Positions 48,251 to 57,013 of a stretch of 64,000 nt of DNA are shown here, piece by piece. Source of the stretch: Candidatus Sumerlaeia bacterium. Lineage in GTDB: Bacteria; Sumerlaeota; Sumerlaeia; SLMS01; JAHLLQ01. Positions within the stretch are counted from its first letter, which is position 1; every line of letters begins with the position of its first letter. The position numbers were made by a program, and so were the translations under genes. The notes under the pieces were generated by a model. The model saw nothing but the letters and a program-made list of their open reading frames with translations, made no database searches and had not been told where the DNA came from. The stretch spans positions 5,384-69,383 of the forward strand of contig JANQSL010000050.1 of the NCBI GenBank assembly GCA_028284075.1. The letters run 5' to 3'.

Positions 48251-48637
48251 ATGGCTGAAGATCGGATTCAGAATGCCGAAGTCCTGGAGTTTCTTGAACT
48301 CTACCAGAAGCTGTCTGACACGCAGGACTTCGATCAGGTTGCTCCCCTCATTCATGAAAATGCGATGTGCCGGTTTACGGACGGCGATTTCGAGGGAACA
48401 GAGGCGATTCGAGGTGTCTTCGAAAAGACCTGGGCCCTGCCCGTGGAAGAAAACAATTACTATCTTTCAGATATCAAGGTTGTGGCAGCAGATCGGAGTC
48501 TGGCGGTGGCAACATTCGTATTCAATTGGAGCGCCGTGAAGGATGGCCGCGAAATCAGCACGAAGGGTCGGGGAACGATTGTTTTAACAAAAAGCGGAGA
48601 TCGGATTCAGTTACTCCACGAGCACCTGAGTCATTAA
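48251..48637 (+). CDS. SnoaL-like/NTF2-fold (DUF4440-like) small protein
   Basis: 128-aa ORF from ATG 48251. Pattern VLEFLELYQKL...FDQVAPLIHENAMCRF.DG...GRGT.VL.K..GDRIQLLHEHLS is typical of NTF2-like proteins. Confidence 0.6.
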   Translation: MAEDRIQNAEVLEFLELYQKLSDTQDFDQVAPLIHENAMCRFTDGDFEGTEAIRGVFEKTWALPVEENNYYLSDIKVVAADRSLAVATFVFNWSAVKDGREISTKGRGTIVLTKSGDRIQLLHEHLSH

Positions 48638-48770
48638 CTTCACGGAATTCCGGTCTCACTCTCAACCGATGGTCCCTGTAGACAGAGTAGACAAACTTTT
48701 ATGTTGGAAGACCACGAAGGCACAGAGTCACAAGAACCCTCTCTGAACTCCGTGCCTCCGTGTCTCAGTG

Positions 48771-48857
48771 GTGATTTACCCGCCTCCAGGCTTTCATCCG
48801 GATTTATGGGCTGACTTGTCATTACCGGTAAAGGTGGTAGAGACGGTAGAGAAACGG
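48771..48857 (+). repeat. Intergenic repeat copy B
   Basis: Second copy of the 47961..48047 element, roughly three-quarters identical by eye. Confidence 0.7.
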
Positions 48858-48910
48858 GCAGAAATTCTTTACCGTCTCTACCGTCTCTACCGCTTCCGGA
48901 CAGTAATGCC
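48818..48910. repeat. Long imperfect palindrome built from the GGTAGAGAC unit
   Basis: Perfect 15-bp stem 48836-48850 (GGTAGAGACGGTAGA) with 48877-48891 (TCTACCGTCTCTACC). Outer arms GTCATTAC / GTAATGCC. Further TCTAC-type units occur at 48676-48692 and 48936-48965 in opposite orientations. Confidence 0.7.
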
Positions 48911-49165
48911 GTAAGAATTCGGACTCCTCCCGGGAATTCTCTACACTCTCTACAGCCTCTACAGTCGGCCACAGCGAAGAGTGTAATGATCCGGCTCCGG
49001 ATTTCAGGAACTCATGAAAAAAAAGGGAGACCTGTTTTCTGAAGACAGCTGCAGGTCTGCACGGGAAGGAACCCGTGCACTTCCCCCCTTGACAGGGACG
49101 AGGGTTGTGCGGACCCCTTGGCTGAACATACGGCCGCGGTGAAAGCCGCCTCCGGCCCCGTGAAT

Positions 49166-49431
49166 GGCTGCGACGAGGAAAAGTAGGCGAATCGGACGAG
49201 CAACAGAGAGGAACCCCCAGGCTGGAAGGGTTCCGCCGACCGACCGCTGAACTGGCCTCCGAGCCGCCGGTGCGAAAGCCCTCAAAAGGGCAAGTAGAGC
49301 CGGCCGGGATGACCTCCCCCGTCAGAGGAGCAATGAAGAGCCTGCAATGCAGGCGAATCGGGGTGGTACCGAGCGAACATCAACGCGCCCCCGGCGGACA
49401 AGACAACGTCCTCCGGGGGCGTTTTCATTTT
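49166..49431 (+). promoter_or_regulatory. T-box riboswitch leader, specifier CUG (Leu), with intrinsic terminator
   Basis: - Stem I with GA/K-turn (GCUGCGACGAGG / CCUCCGAGCC).
- AGUA at 49182-49185.
- AG bulge AACAGAGAG.
- Distal loop containing GCUGGAA.
- Specifier loop GAA-CUG-G (49249-49255).
- Stem III hairpin 49340-49354.
- T-box AAUCGGGGUGGUACCGAGCG at 49356-49375.
- Terminator CGCCCCCGG/CCGGGGGCG plus U-tract at 49386-49431. Confidence 0.75.
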
Positions 49432-49657
49432 CGAGGCACGGAACGAACGATGGCAGCGGGAAGACTGAACAGCGTAATCGCCATAAACCACAACCGGCTC
49501 CTCCTCGGTCTTCGACTTCGAAAGCCGTGATCGTTCCCGTGCGGACGGTTACGGCCGAATCGCCGCTCCCCCACTCGCGACCAACATTTGACACTCATCC
49601 GGACCTTCCAGCTTTCTGATCAAAAGGCCGGTTTCATATCTCTGAGGTGATTCGATC

Positions 49658-51262
49658 ATGACGACCAGCAACGGAAACCAGCAGAAAACCGATCGTGTTT
49701 TTATCTTCGATACCACGTTGCGGGACGGCGAGCAGGCGCCGGGATGCAGCATGAACCTGCGGGAAAAGCTCGCCGTTGCCAATCAGCTGCATCGCCTGGG
49801 CGTTGATATCATCGAGGCGGGCTTTCCCATTAGCTCCGACGGCGACTTTGAGGCTGTGAACGAAATCGCAAAGCAAATGGGCAACTACGACAATCCCATG
49901 ACGATTGCCGGTTTGGCCCGGGCGCGAGAGGGCGACATTGTGCGGGCCGGTGAAGCCGTGAAGCCGGCAAAACGTCCCCGCATTCACACGTTCATCGCCA
50001 CGTCGCCCATTCATATGGAGTACAAGCTGAGAAAATCGCCCGCACAGGTCATCGAAATCGTGACGGCAATGGTCAAGCTGGCGCGCTCCATCGTCGAGGA
50101 CGTGGAGTTTTCCCTGGAAGATGCGGGGCGCACGGAATTCGACTTCATGTGCGAGGTCACCGCCGCAGCCATCGAAGCGGGCGCGACCACAATCAACGTT
50201 CCCGACACGGTCGGTTATTGCCAGCCGGCACAGTACGCCGACCGTATTCGCTATCTGCGGAAACACACGCCGGGCATTGAAAACATCGTCATCAGCACAC
50301 ATTGTCACAACGATCTGGGGCTGGCGGTGGCGAACTCCCTGGCGGCGGTCATGGAAGGGGCACGCCAGATCGAGTGCACCGTCAACGGCCTGGGCGAACG
50401 TGCCGGCAACGCATCCCTTGAAGAGATCGCGATGAACTTCAGAACGCGGTCGGATTTCTTCCCCATGCACTGCAACATCAATACGGCGGAGATCTATCGC
50501 ACGTCCCGTCTGGTGAGTGAAATGACGGGTCAGCGCGTTCAGGCCAACAAAGCCATCGTTGGCGCAAACGCCTTTGCACACGAGAGCGGCATTCACCAGG
50601 ACGGCATGTTGAAGTACAAGGAAACGTACGAGATCATGACGCCGGAGAGTGTGGGCTGGACGGGAGAAGGCATGGTGCTGGGCAAGCACAGCGGACGCCA
50701 CGCCTTCAACACACGCATCAAAAGTCTGGGCTACAACCTGTCGGACGAAGAGGCGGAGGCGGCTTTCGCCCGCTTCAAGGAGCTGTGCGACAAGAAGAAG
50801 GACGTTTATGAGGATGACCTGATCGCCCTGGCGGACGAAGTACTGTTCAAGGGTTCATCGCAAACGTGGGAGCTGGTGTCCTACGAATACGCCGCGGCCA
50901 GCAGCGGTAAACCGTCGGCAACGATCTCGCTGCGACAGAACGGTGAAGAGAAAGCGGCCACCTGCAACGGCGACGGTCCCATCGACGCGGCGTTCACATG
51001 TATTGACGAACTGACCGAGGAGGACATTCGCCTCGTCGGGTTTGTGCTGGATGCCGTCACGGAAGGCGAGGACGCCCTGGGCCGTGTCACAGTCACCATC
51101 GAGCGCGAAGCCGGCATTCGCGTGAAAGGACGGGCCGTCAGCACGGATGTTGTTCTTGCGGGAATCAAGGCGTGCATCAATGCGCTGAACAGTCTGCAGG
51201 TGCAGGAAGCTCACGAAGAGGCGCGAAGAAGCGGCGAAGCGGTCAATCGCGGAGCGGTGTAG
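49658..51262 (+). CDS. leuA: 2-isopropylmalate synthase
   Basis: [39 protein letters not shown] and a C-terminal LeuA dimerisation/regulatory domain. Confidence 0.95.
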   Translation: MTTSNGNQQKTDRVFIFDTTLRDGEQAPGCSMNLREKLAVANQLHRLGVDIIEAGFPISSDGDFEAVNEIAKQMGNYDNPMTIAGLARAREGDIVRAGEAVKPAKRPRIHTFIATSPIHMEYKLRKSPAQVIEIVTAMVKLARSIVEDVEFSLEDAGRTEFDFMCEVTAAAIEAGATTINVPDTVGYCQPAQYADRIRYLRKHTPGIENIVISTHCHNDLGLAVANSLAAVMEGARQIECTVNGLGERAGNASLEEIAMNFRTRSDFFPMHCNINTAEIYRTSRLVSEMTGQRVQANKAIVGANAFAHESGIHQDGMLKYKETYEIMTPESVGWTGEGMVLGKHSGRHAFNTRIKSLGYNLSDEEAEAAFARFKELCDKKKDVYEDDLIALADEVLFKGSSQTWELVSYEYAAASSGKPSATISLRQNGEEKAATCNGDGPIDAAFTCIDELTEEDIRLVGFVLDAVTEGEDALGRVTVTIEREAGIRVKGRAVSTDVVLAGIKACINALNSLQVQEAHEEARRSGEAVNRGAV

Positions 51263-51292
51263 ACTCCCTGTAAATCGCACGGAAGTAACCGG

Positions 51293-51320
51293 GGGGCGGG
51301 TGATTTGTTTCACCCGCCCC
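51293..51320. terminator. GC-rich hairpin between convergent leuA and the dinB-family gene
   Basis: 10-bp stem GGGGCGGGTG/CACCCGCCCC with an 8-nt loop. No clear U-tract on either strand. Confidence 0.4.
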
Positions 51321-51332
51321 GATTGCATGGAC

Positions 51333-51854
51333 TCAGTCCATCATCATCATTTCCGGTTCATCGGCGGTGGGGCCGTAGACCTGCGGCAGAGGCGCGTCGA
51401 CCATGCGCAGGTAGACCGACAACTGACCGCGGTGATGAATCATGTGGCTGATGATGAAAGCGCGCAGAACGGCAATGCGCGGCATCGTCATGAAGGTCTT
51501 GCCGGACTTCTTGTCCTTCATGGTCCAGTTCACGAAGAGTTTTTCGTCCGGAGTGTTCTTCATGCACTCGATGAGTGCCGCCAGGTTCTTGTCCCACGTG
51601 GCAAGAAGGTCTTCCTTGTCGGAGGCGGCGTAAGGCTTCCACGCTTCCATGTCCATAACGAACACGTCTTCGGTGAGAGTGGGAATGCCCCATTCCACGC
51701 CATCCACAATGTGAGACGCCAGACCGCGCAGGGAATAGGATTTCTCGTGGGGTTTATAGTCGAATTTGTCTTCCGGGATGCGTTCCAGCATTTTTCTGGT
51801 GCTGACCGCCTCGTGCTCAAGTTCCTGAATGGTGCCTTGCATAATGCCCTGCAT
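51333..51854 (-). CDS. DinB-family (DinB_2/YfiT-like) protein
   Basis: Four-helix-bundle pattern with HIVDG...HMIHHRGQLSVYLR typical of the DinB superfamily. Confidence 0.8.
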   Translation of the reverse strand: MQGIMQGTIQELEHEAVSTRKMLERIPEDKFDYKPHEKSYSLRGLASHIVDGVEWGIPTLTEDVFVMDMEAWKPYAASDKEDLLATWDKNLAALIECMKNTPDEKLFVNWTMKDKKSGKTFMTMPRIAVLRAFIISHMIHHRGQLSVYLRMVDAPLPQVYGPTADEPEMMMMD

Positions 51855-52102
51855 GGTTCCTGTCCTCTGCTTTCGGATGAATAGGTCGAGCGCGGAGAAA
51901 GGCAGCAGAAGTCCTGTTGGTTAGCAAGTCAATTTTCGCTTTTTTTTCGTTAGGTGCCGGAGGTTACAAACCACCCTGAACGGCATGCGCCTCTTCGTCT
52001 TCGGGTATGGAGAGAACCGTCAGTCACTTGTATGCCGCACGGAAACGAAAAGCCTGTCCGGTATTCCAGTGATTCCGTGAGAAAAACCGAAACAATTTCC
52101 AG

Positions 52103-53320
52103 TCACTTTTTCATCCACAGATTACGTTTGATGAAGAAAAATCCGACAACGAACACCAGCAGCAGGGCGCAGATCACAACGCTGATGGTGATGACGGCTT
52201 TTTCAATGCGGGCAACAATGGCAGTGGCTGTTCCATTCGCCTCGTCGAGGTAGTGCCGGACACGGTCCTTTTCCACAAGCCCGTCGACTTGCCGGAGAAT
52301 GACCTGAGTCTCTCGCAGGGTGGTGTTGAGTTCATTGAGGGCGGATTCATATTCGCGAATATCGAACGTTCGGGCCGGTGGCGGAGGTGGAGCATTGGGA
52401 TCCGGCGGAAACATCGCCGCAAGTTCCGCCACACTCCTGACAACCTGATCGAGAGTCGCCGCAAGTTCATTGATACTCTCGGTCGTCTGACCGGTCGTGC
52501 CGACAAGTGCGTTCACGTCGCGAATCGTATCCTGATAAGCGGGTTGATCTTCGGCAAGCTGCTCGAGCGTCGTCCGGATTTCCTCCGGCAGCGTTTCGGA
52601 CACTTCCGCAAACTTAACGCTGGAGTGAGAAAAACGTTCGACGCTGTCGAGGGCCTGCTTCGTCGAAGGGTTTGCGAGAATCACTTCCGTCTCGCTGCGA
52701 ACCTTCTCGGGGTAGGAGTCGAGAACCATGGTGGTGGTGTCGATGGAGCGGGAGAGGCTCGCCATGGGGTTCAGGCTCTCCGTCACGTTGCCGACGCCGA
52801 TGCCGGGGAGTTTCTTTCCGATGCTGAACATTCCGTCGACCGCACTCTTCGTCGTGCCGGGAAGTTCCTTCAGTGGATTTTTTTTTGCCTCCGCTTCAGC
52901 TTCGTTACGAATGCGCAATGCCTCCGCTTCGCCGAGCGCTTCGGTCACACGAGCCATGGCGGCACTGCGAAGGCGGTCGTGCATGGAGCGAATCGTTTCC
53001 GCGGCGGAACCCAGCGACTGCGTTGCGGCGTCCGCATCGAGAGCCGCCAGATAACGTGCATTGGCCGTAATGAAACTGCGTCCCCAGGTTGAAGGGTCTT
53101 CGCCAAGGGGTGCCGCTTCCGCAATCTGGCGAAGTGCCTCGATCCATGCGATTGCGGAGTCGGGTACATCATCAAGGTCTGCAAGAGCGGTCTCCGTTTC
53201 GTCGAAGACTGTTTGGACCTCTTCACGGAAACCACTCAACGCGACAGACTCATCAGCGGAGAGAAAAAGAGGAGTGAAACAAATCCAGATTATTGAAATG
53301 AGAGAAATCACCGGCCGCAT
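52103..53320 (-). CDS. Hypothetical helical protein with signal peptide and C-terminal TM anchor
   Basis: N-terminal hydrophobic signal, long Ala/Glu-rich helical body, PPDPNAPPPPPA linker, and a C-terminal TM (ITISVVICALLLVFVVGFFFI). Lies 36 nt downstream of the pseudopilin-like gene on the same strand. Confidence 0.55.
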   Translation of the reverse strand: MRPVISLISIIWICFTPLFLSADESVALSGFREEVQTVFDETETALADLDDVPDSAIAWIEALRQIAEAAPLGEDPSTWGRSFITANARYLAALDADAATQSLGSAAETIRSMHDRLRSAAMARVTEALGEAEALRIRNEAEAEAKKNPLKELPGTTKSAVDGMFSIGKKLPGIGVGNVTESLNPMASLSRSIDTTTMVLDSYPEKVRSETEVILANPSTKQALDSVERFSHSSVKFAEVSETLPEEIRTTLEQLAEDQPAYQDTIRDVNALVGTTGQTTESINELAATLDQVVRSVAELAAMFPPDPNAPPPPPARTFDIREYESALNELNTTLRETQVILRQVDGLVEKDRVRHYLDEANGTATAIVARIEKAVITISVVICALLLVFVVGFFFIKRNLWMKK

Positions 53321-53355
53321 GGACTTGCCCGCCCCGGAAGAGATTGGAAACCGCC

Positions 53356-54090
53356 CTATTGGTACAGAGACCAGAAATCTCCGGCCGGAGCCGACGCTCC
53401 CTGGTTCTGGTTCATGGTGATGAGGCCAAAGGACCCGGTTCCGTTGGTAGGGTCATAGTAACTGGAGATGCTGGCAAACGAAACTCCCGGCCATACGCTG
53501 GAGCCTGGCCAGGCTTGTCCGGGGCCGATACTGCTCAGCCGGTAAAAACCCCAGACGTCGAAAGCGTCCTGCCAGGCTCCGGCGGAGGGAAACAGACCGA
53601 AGCCGAGACCCGGATCTCCCGGGTTGGGACCGGCCTGCTGCATGGCAATGAAGGGATAGCCCTCGTCGCGCGCGTTGCCGGTGGCAAACGTGAGCCCCTG
53701 GTTCGGCCCGATGGTGGACACGGCTCCGTTCTTGAACGGATCAGTGGGATAGGACGCCATGTAGGCAATGGGAGTGGTGATGGTGATATTGAGTGTTAAA
53801 AACTCGGAGGTGCGCGTATTGCCGTATCCGTCCAGGTCGGTGGGAAGCGGATCGGTGAAGGGATAAACACCGGCGTTATCGAGCTGGTAATTTTCGAGCG
53901 CCTGTCTCAGCGCCGCAAAGTCCATCTCCACCTGCGCCACGTTGCGCTGGATTTTCAACACGTCCATGTTGGCGAAAACAACGGCCACAAGAACGCCTCC
54001 ACCCGCAATCATCGTCAAAGTCTCCGTTAAGGTAACCGCCCTGCCTGTCTGTGATTTTTTCACGAGTTCTTCCCTCAACTGTCCGGACAA
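53356..54090 (-). CDS. Divergent pseudopilin-like protein (degenerate prepilin N-terminus)
   Basis: GRAVTLTETLTMIAGGGVLVAVVFA occupies the position of the G-FTLIE-hydrophobic helix (Glu5 retained). C-terminal YYDPTNGTGSFG matches the motif of the neighbouring pseudopilins. Confidence 0.5.
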   Translation of the reverse strand: MSGQLREELVKKSQTGRAVTLTETLTMIAGGGVLVAVVFANMDVLKIQRNVAQVEMDFAALRQALENYQLDNAGVYPFTDPLPTDLDGYGNTRTSEFLTLNITITTPIAYMASYPTDPFKNGAVSTIGPNQGLTFATGNARDEGYPFIAMQQAGPNPGDPGLGFGLFPSAGAWQDAFDVWGFYRLSSIGPGQAWPGSSVWPGVSFASISSYYDPTNGTGSFGLITMNQNQGASAPAGDFWSLYQ

Positions 54091-54300
54091 CCCGATGGAA
54101 CGGAATACACAAAACGCAGGGAACGATAAGGCAAAAAGCTTGCCGCATCCCGGCGAACCCGAAATCCATTGTTGTTCTGATTAAAAGTGATTCAACGCTT
54201 CCCCATCCTGCACTTCCGGCGCCACGGAAAACAAAATCCGTAACACGTGGCAAGCCGCTTTTCAAGCGGGCGCGCAACGTCACTAACCAAGTCAATCAGA

Positions 54301-54349
54301 TGAAACAAAGAAAGTCAAACCGCCATCGGAGCAAATCCGATGGCGGTTT
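54301..54349 (-). terminator. Strong hairpin plus T-rich tract downstream of the 54498..55655 gene
   Basis: 14-bp stem AAACCGCCATCGGA/TCCGATGGCGGTTT (54317-54349). The minus strand continues GACTTTCTTTGTTTCA. Confidence 0.55.
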
Positions 54350-54497
54350 GAATGTTTCAGCCAGGTTCGTCAGGTGTGAAGGACCCGAATTCAGCATCCG
54401 GGGATCGAAGCTCACGAGTCCAACGCAGTGGATGTCCACATCGTCGTACCCGATCCATAGAGCGAAGCAAGACGTCAGAACCCGGGTTCTGACGAGT

Positions 54498-55655
54498 TTA
54501 CTGAAACACCTCCCAGTTTACCACACTGGCGGGCCCGCTGCCGAAGTCGATGGCAACAATCCCGGCATCGGCAGTGCCACTGGCAAGATAGAGACGAGAG
54601 GTTGTGGCACTTGTTTTTGTGGCCTTGAGGCCACGCCACAGGGTCACTTCAAAATCGCCCGGCGTTACGAGGCCGATTTCGCTTCCGATCGTGGAAAGCG
54701 CGATCGGTGTGATTGGTGCCGACGCATTGGCATCGAAGATCTCGATGTCAGGAGTGCCTTCATCGAAACCGTAGATATTTGCATCCGTGTCCACTGCAAG
54801 ACCGTGAAAGTCCACGGATCCCGTCCAGCCGGAAATGTTCAGACGCGTAAGAGTGGGGGAAACGCCGTCGAAATCCTCAATGCGAAACAGCTCGAACTCG
54901 TCATGCCCGAAGACATAAACATCGTCATTGGCCGGATTGACACCGATGGTTTCCGGTGGAACCTCGGAGGTGCCGGGAAGACCGGCTGCCGTCACAAAGT
55001 CATCCATGTCGTAAACCTGGGTGTATGCGGGAGAAACATCCGCCGGATCGACCCAACCCACATTCGGTTCTCCGAGGGCAAAGGTCGCTTCGTAGTCTTC
55101 TCCAAGGGCGGCTACAAGACGGCCATTCGAAAGAACACCCTGGCTGTTCCAACCGCCGATGCCGGTGTCACGAAGCACTTCCGACGCATTCTGCGTTGCC
55201 ACATCAATGGCGAGAACGGCGTACTCGGAGGTCGCAACCGTGGATGAGTCGGCAAAGTAAAGGGTTCCGGAGGTACTGCTGTTGGGGTCGTACGTGAGTT
55301 CACCCACGAGAATTGGAAAGGTGGCGGTTGAATTGTACACGCCGCCAAGGTCCGCTTTGAGTTGCGCAACGCTCTTCGTCCAGATAGCGGTTTTGGTTGT
55401 CAGGTTAACTTGAGCGAAGGTCTCGTCGCCACTGGTATCCAGATGAACAAGAAAAACCGTTGGGTCGGAGGAAACATCGGGTCCGATTTCCACACCATCG
55501 ATGGCAAACGTGTTGGAAACACCAAGAGCAGTCTCGATCTCCGCAACGGTCAGAGCCTCCGCCGCACTGGAGCGGGTCCCGAAACTGACCTGCGCCTGGG
55601 CAAAAGTGGCGGTGCCCATGGCAAGAGCTGTCAGGGCAAAAACTGTAGACTTCAT
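54498..55655 (-). CDS. Hypothetical secreted protein, beta-rich (possibly propeller-like)
   Basis: Signal peptide MKSTVFALTALAMGTATFAQAQ. Repetitive beta-strand-like segments. No catalytic motif recognised. Confidence 0.6.
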   Translation of the reverse strand: MKSTVFALTALAMGTATFAQAQVSFGTRSSAAEALTVAEIETALGVSNTFAIDGVEIGPDVSSDPTVFLVHLDTSGDETFAQVNLTTKTAIWTKSVAQLKADLGGVYNSTATFPILVGELTYDPNSSTSGTLYFADSSTVATSEYAVLAIDVATQNASEVLRDTGIGGWNSQGVLSNGRLVAALGEDYEATFALGEPNVGWVDPADVSPAYTQVYDMDDFVTAAGLPGTSEVPPETIGVNPANDDVYVFGHDEFELFRIEDFDGVSPTLTRLNISGWTGSVDFHGLAVDTDANIYGFDEGTPDIEIFDANASAPITPIALSTIGSEIGLVTPGDFEVTLWRGLKATKTSATTSRLYLASGTADAGIVAIDFGSGPASVVNWEVFQ

Positions 55656-55729
55656 GGAGGAACCTCCTCGAATTGATGAAACGATCCGACTGATCGCGGG
55701 GGTGAGTAAGATTGGCTTGACGAGCCCCC

Positions 55730-55754
55730 GTCAATGATAATCATTCTCATTATT
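55730..55754. promoter_or_regulatory. Fur-box-like operator
   Basis: GTCAATGATAATCATTCTC matches the 19-bp GATAATGATAATCATTATC consensus at 16 of 19 positions (hand alignment) and continues ATTATT. Lies 23 nt before the pseudopilin ATG and about 75 nt from the divergent gene start. Confidence 0.6.
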
Positions 55755-55776
55755 AAAATCGGAGGTGAGCGTTCCC

Positions 55777-56451
55777 ATGACCAAAACCCCTCAAAAGCGT
55801 CCGGCGTTCACACTGATCGAGCTGCTGATCGTTGTTGCCATCATCGCGATTCTTGCCGCCATCGCGGTTCCCAATTTCCTCGAAGCCCAAACGCGCTCAA
55901 AAGTGTCGCGAGTGAAGGCGGACATGCGCACCATGGCGACAGGGATGGAAACCTATGCCGTGGATTTCAACAAATACCCTATCCCGGCGGATGAGCTGGG
56001 AGAGTGGATCGGCAACCCTCAGGCTGCGATTACGGTAAACCCCATGGAAACAAGGGTTCCGGTGTTATTGACGACTCCCGTCGCTTATCTGACTTCGCGG
56101 AAAGAGGATCCCTTCGCAGTAACACGAGCCCTCGAATCCAGGCTGTATCATGCAGTGACGAAAGATTATCTGGAAGTCCGGCGGAATTACACTCCCACTC
56201 ACAACTGGATCCTCGTTTGGAACCGGTATTTCCGGGAAATCACCGGAAATCTTCCCCCGGAGAATGTCTCCTATTTCTTCGTCAGCTTCGGTCCCGATCA
56301 GGACCATGACGCCGAAGTTCCCCATATCAACGCACCCCCCGGCCCGCATACCCACAATGATGGGGCACTCTACGATCCGACCAATGGAACGGTTTCCAGC
56401 GGCGATATTCTGTATTTCGGACCGGGACGCGGCTTCTGGTATCAAAACTAG
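55777..56451 (+). CDS. Prepilin-type N-terminal cleavage/methylation domain protein (GspG-like pseudopilin)
   Basis: KRPAFTLIELLIVVAIIAILAAIAVPNFLEAQTRSK is the canonical class III signal. GGAGG lies 9 nt upstream of ATG 55777. C-terminal LYDPTNGTVSSGDILYFGPG. Confidence 0.85.
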   Translation: MTKTPQKRPAFTLIELLIVVAIIAILAAIAVPNFLEAQTRSKVSRVKADMRTMATGMETYAVDFNKYPIPADELGEWIGNPQAAITVNPMETRVPVLLTTPVAYLTSRKEDPFAVTRALESRLYHAVTKDYLEVRRNYTPTHNWILVWNRYFREITGNLPPENVSYFFVSFGPDQDHDAEVPHINAPPGPHTHNDGALYDPTNGTVSSGDILYFGPGRGFWYQN

Positions 56452-56566
56452 GTGAACATCAGAGATTCGCGTCTTGCCGGCACGACTGATGACAAACCGC
56501 CGGAAGCGTCACTCTGCCAGGGGTATTGGGCCTCAGAAAAACCAACAGACTCCCGACCGTCGCACA

Positions 56567-57013
56567 CTAGTCGGTTGTAGCCCGGTCGCCGAGACAGCTT
56601 CTGCACGTCCCGTACAACACAATGCTGTGGTCGTCCATTTTGAACCCCTGAGGCACGAGGTCATCCAGGCGCGGCGGGCATTTGTGGACCTCATAAATCC
56701 GGGTGCATTTCCGACAGTAGAAATGGTGATGGTGGGGGCCTGAGGCCATCTCGTAGCGCGGAATCTCGTCAGCGATTTCAACCGGCCGGAGTTCCCCCGC
56801 TTCCGTGAGGATGCGAACCGCCCTGTAAACCGTGGCCAGACCGATACCGGGCGAGTCTCTTATGGCGGCTTCCCATGCCTCCTGGGGAGTCAAAGGTATC
56901 GATGACTGCCTGAATATGGCAAGAACCACCTGCTGACGTGGTGTAAGTGATTTCTGTCTGCTGCGAGACAAATGGCCGTTTCCTGTCGGCAGATATGGAT
57001 CTGTGGCATCCAC
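56567..57013 (-). CDS. fur: Fur-family metalloregulator
   Basis: Winged-helix region (GLATVYRAVRILTEAG), HHHHFYCRKC and a C-terminal CRSC motif typical of Fur/Zur/PerR. Metal specificity is not determinable from sequence alone. Confidence 0.85.
   Translation of the reverse strand: MDATDPYLPTGNGHLSRSRQKSLTPRQQVVLAIFRQSSIPLTPQEAWEAAIRDSPGIGLATVYRAVRILTEAGELRPVEIADEIPRYEMASGPHHHHFYCRKCTRIYEVHKCPPRLDDLVPQGFKMDDHSIVLYGTCRSCLGDRATTD

Noticed and set aside
47835-48539. 234-aa plus-strand ORF starting right after the MFS gene and overlapping the SnoaL-like gene in another frame.
   Set aside because: Its translation is low-complexity and Ser/Arg/Cys-rich, it runs through the intergenic repeat, and it has no motifs. 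The 48251..48637 frame has NTF2-like features.
48020-48900. Possible CRISPR array or integron attC sites, because of short tandem units and palindromes flanking a small promoterless gene.
   Set aside because: There are only two 9-bp units per site, with no regular repeat-spacer architecture and no cas genes. The palindrome lacks recognisable RYYYAAC / GTTRRRY core sites, and no integron integrase is present. Kept as a generic repeat finding instead.
49030-49440. Considered RNase P RNA, tmRNA, 6S RNA or a cobalamin riboswitch for this structured, ORF-poor region (GGTGCGAAAGCC and GGTGAAAGCC motifs).
   Set aside because: There is no GAGGAAAGUCC / ACAGAACCCGGCUUA P4 strands, no tRNA-like 3' end and no B12 box. 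The GGUGGUACC T-box sequence, specifier loop and terminator explain 49166-49431. The stretch 49030-49165 contains only generic hairpins.
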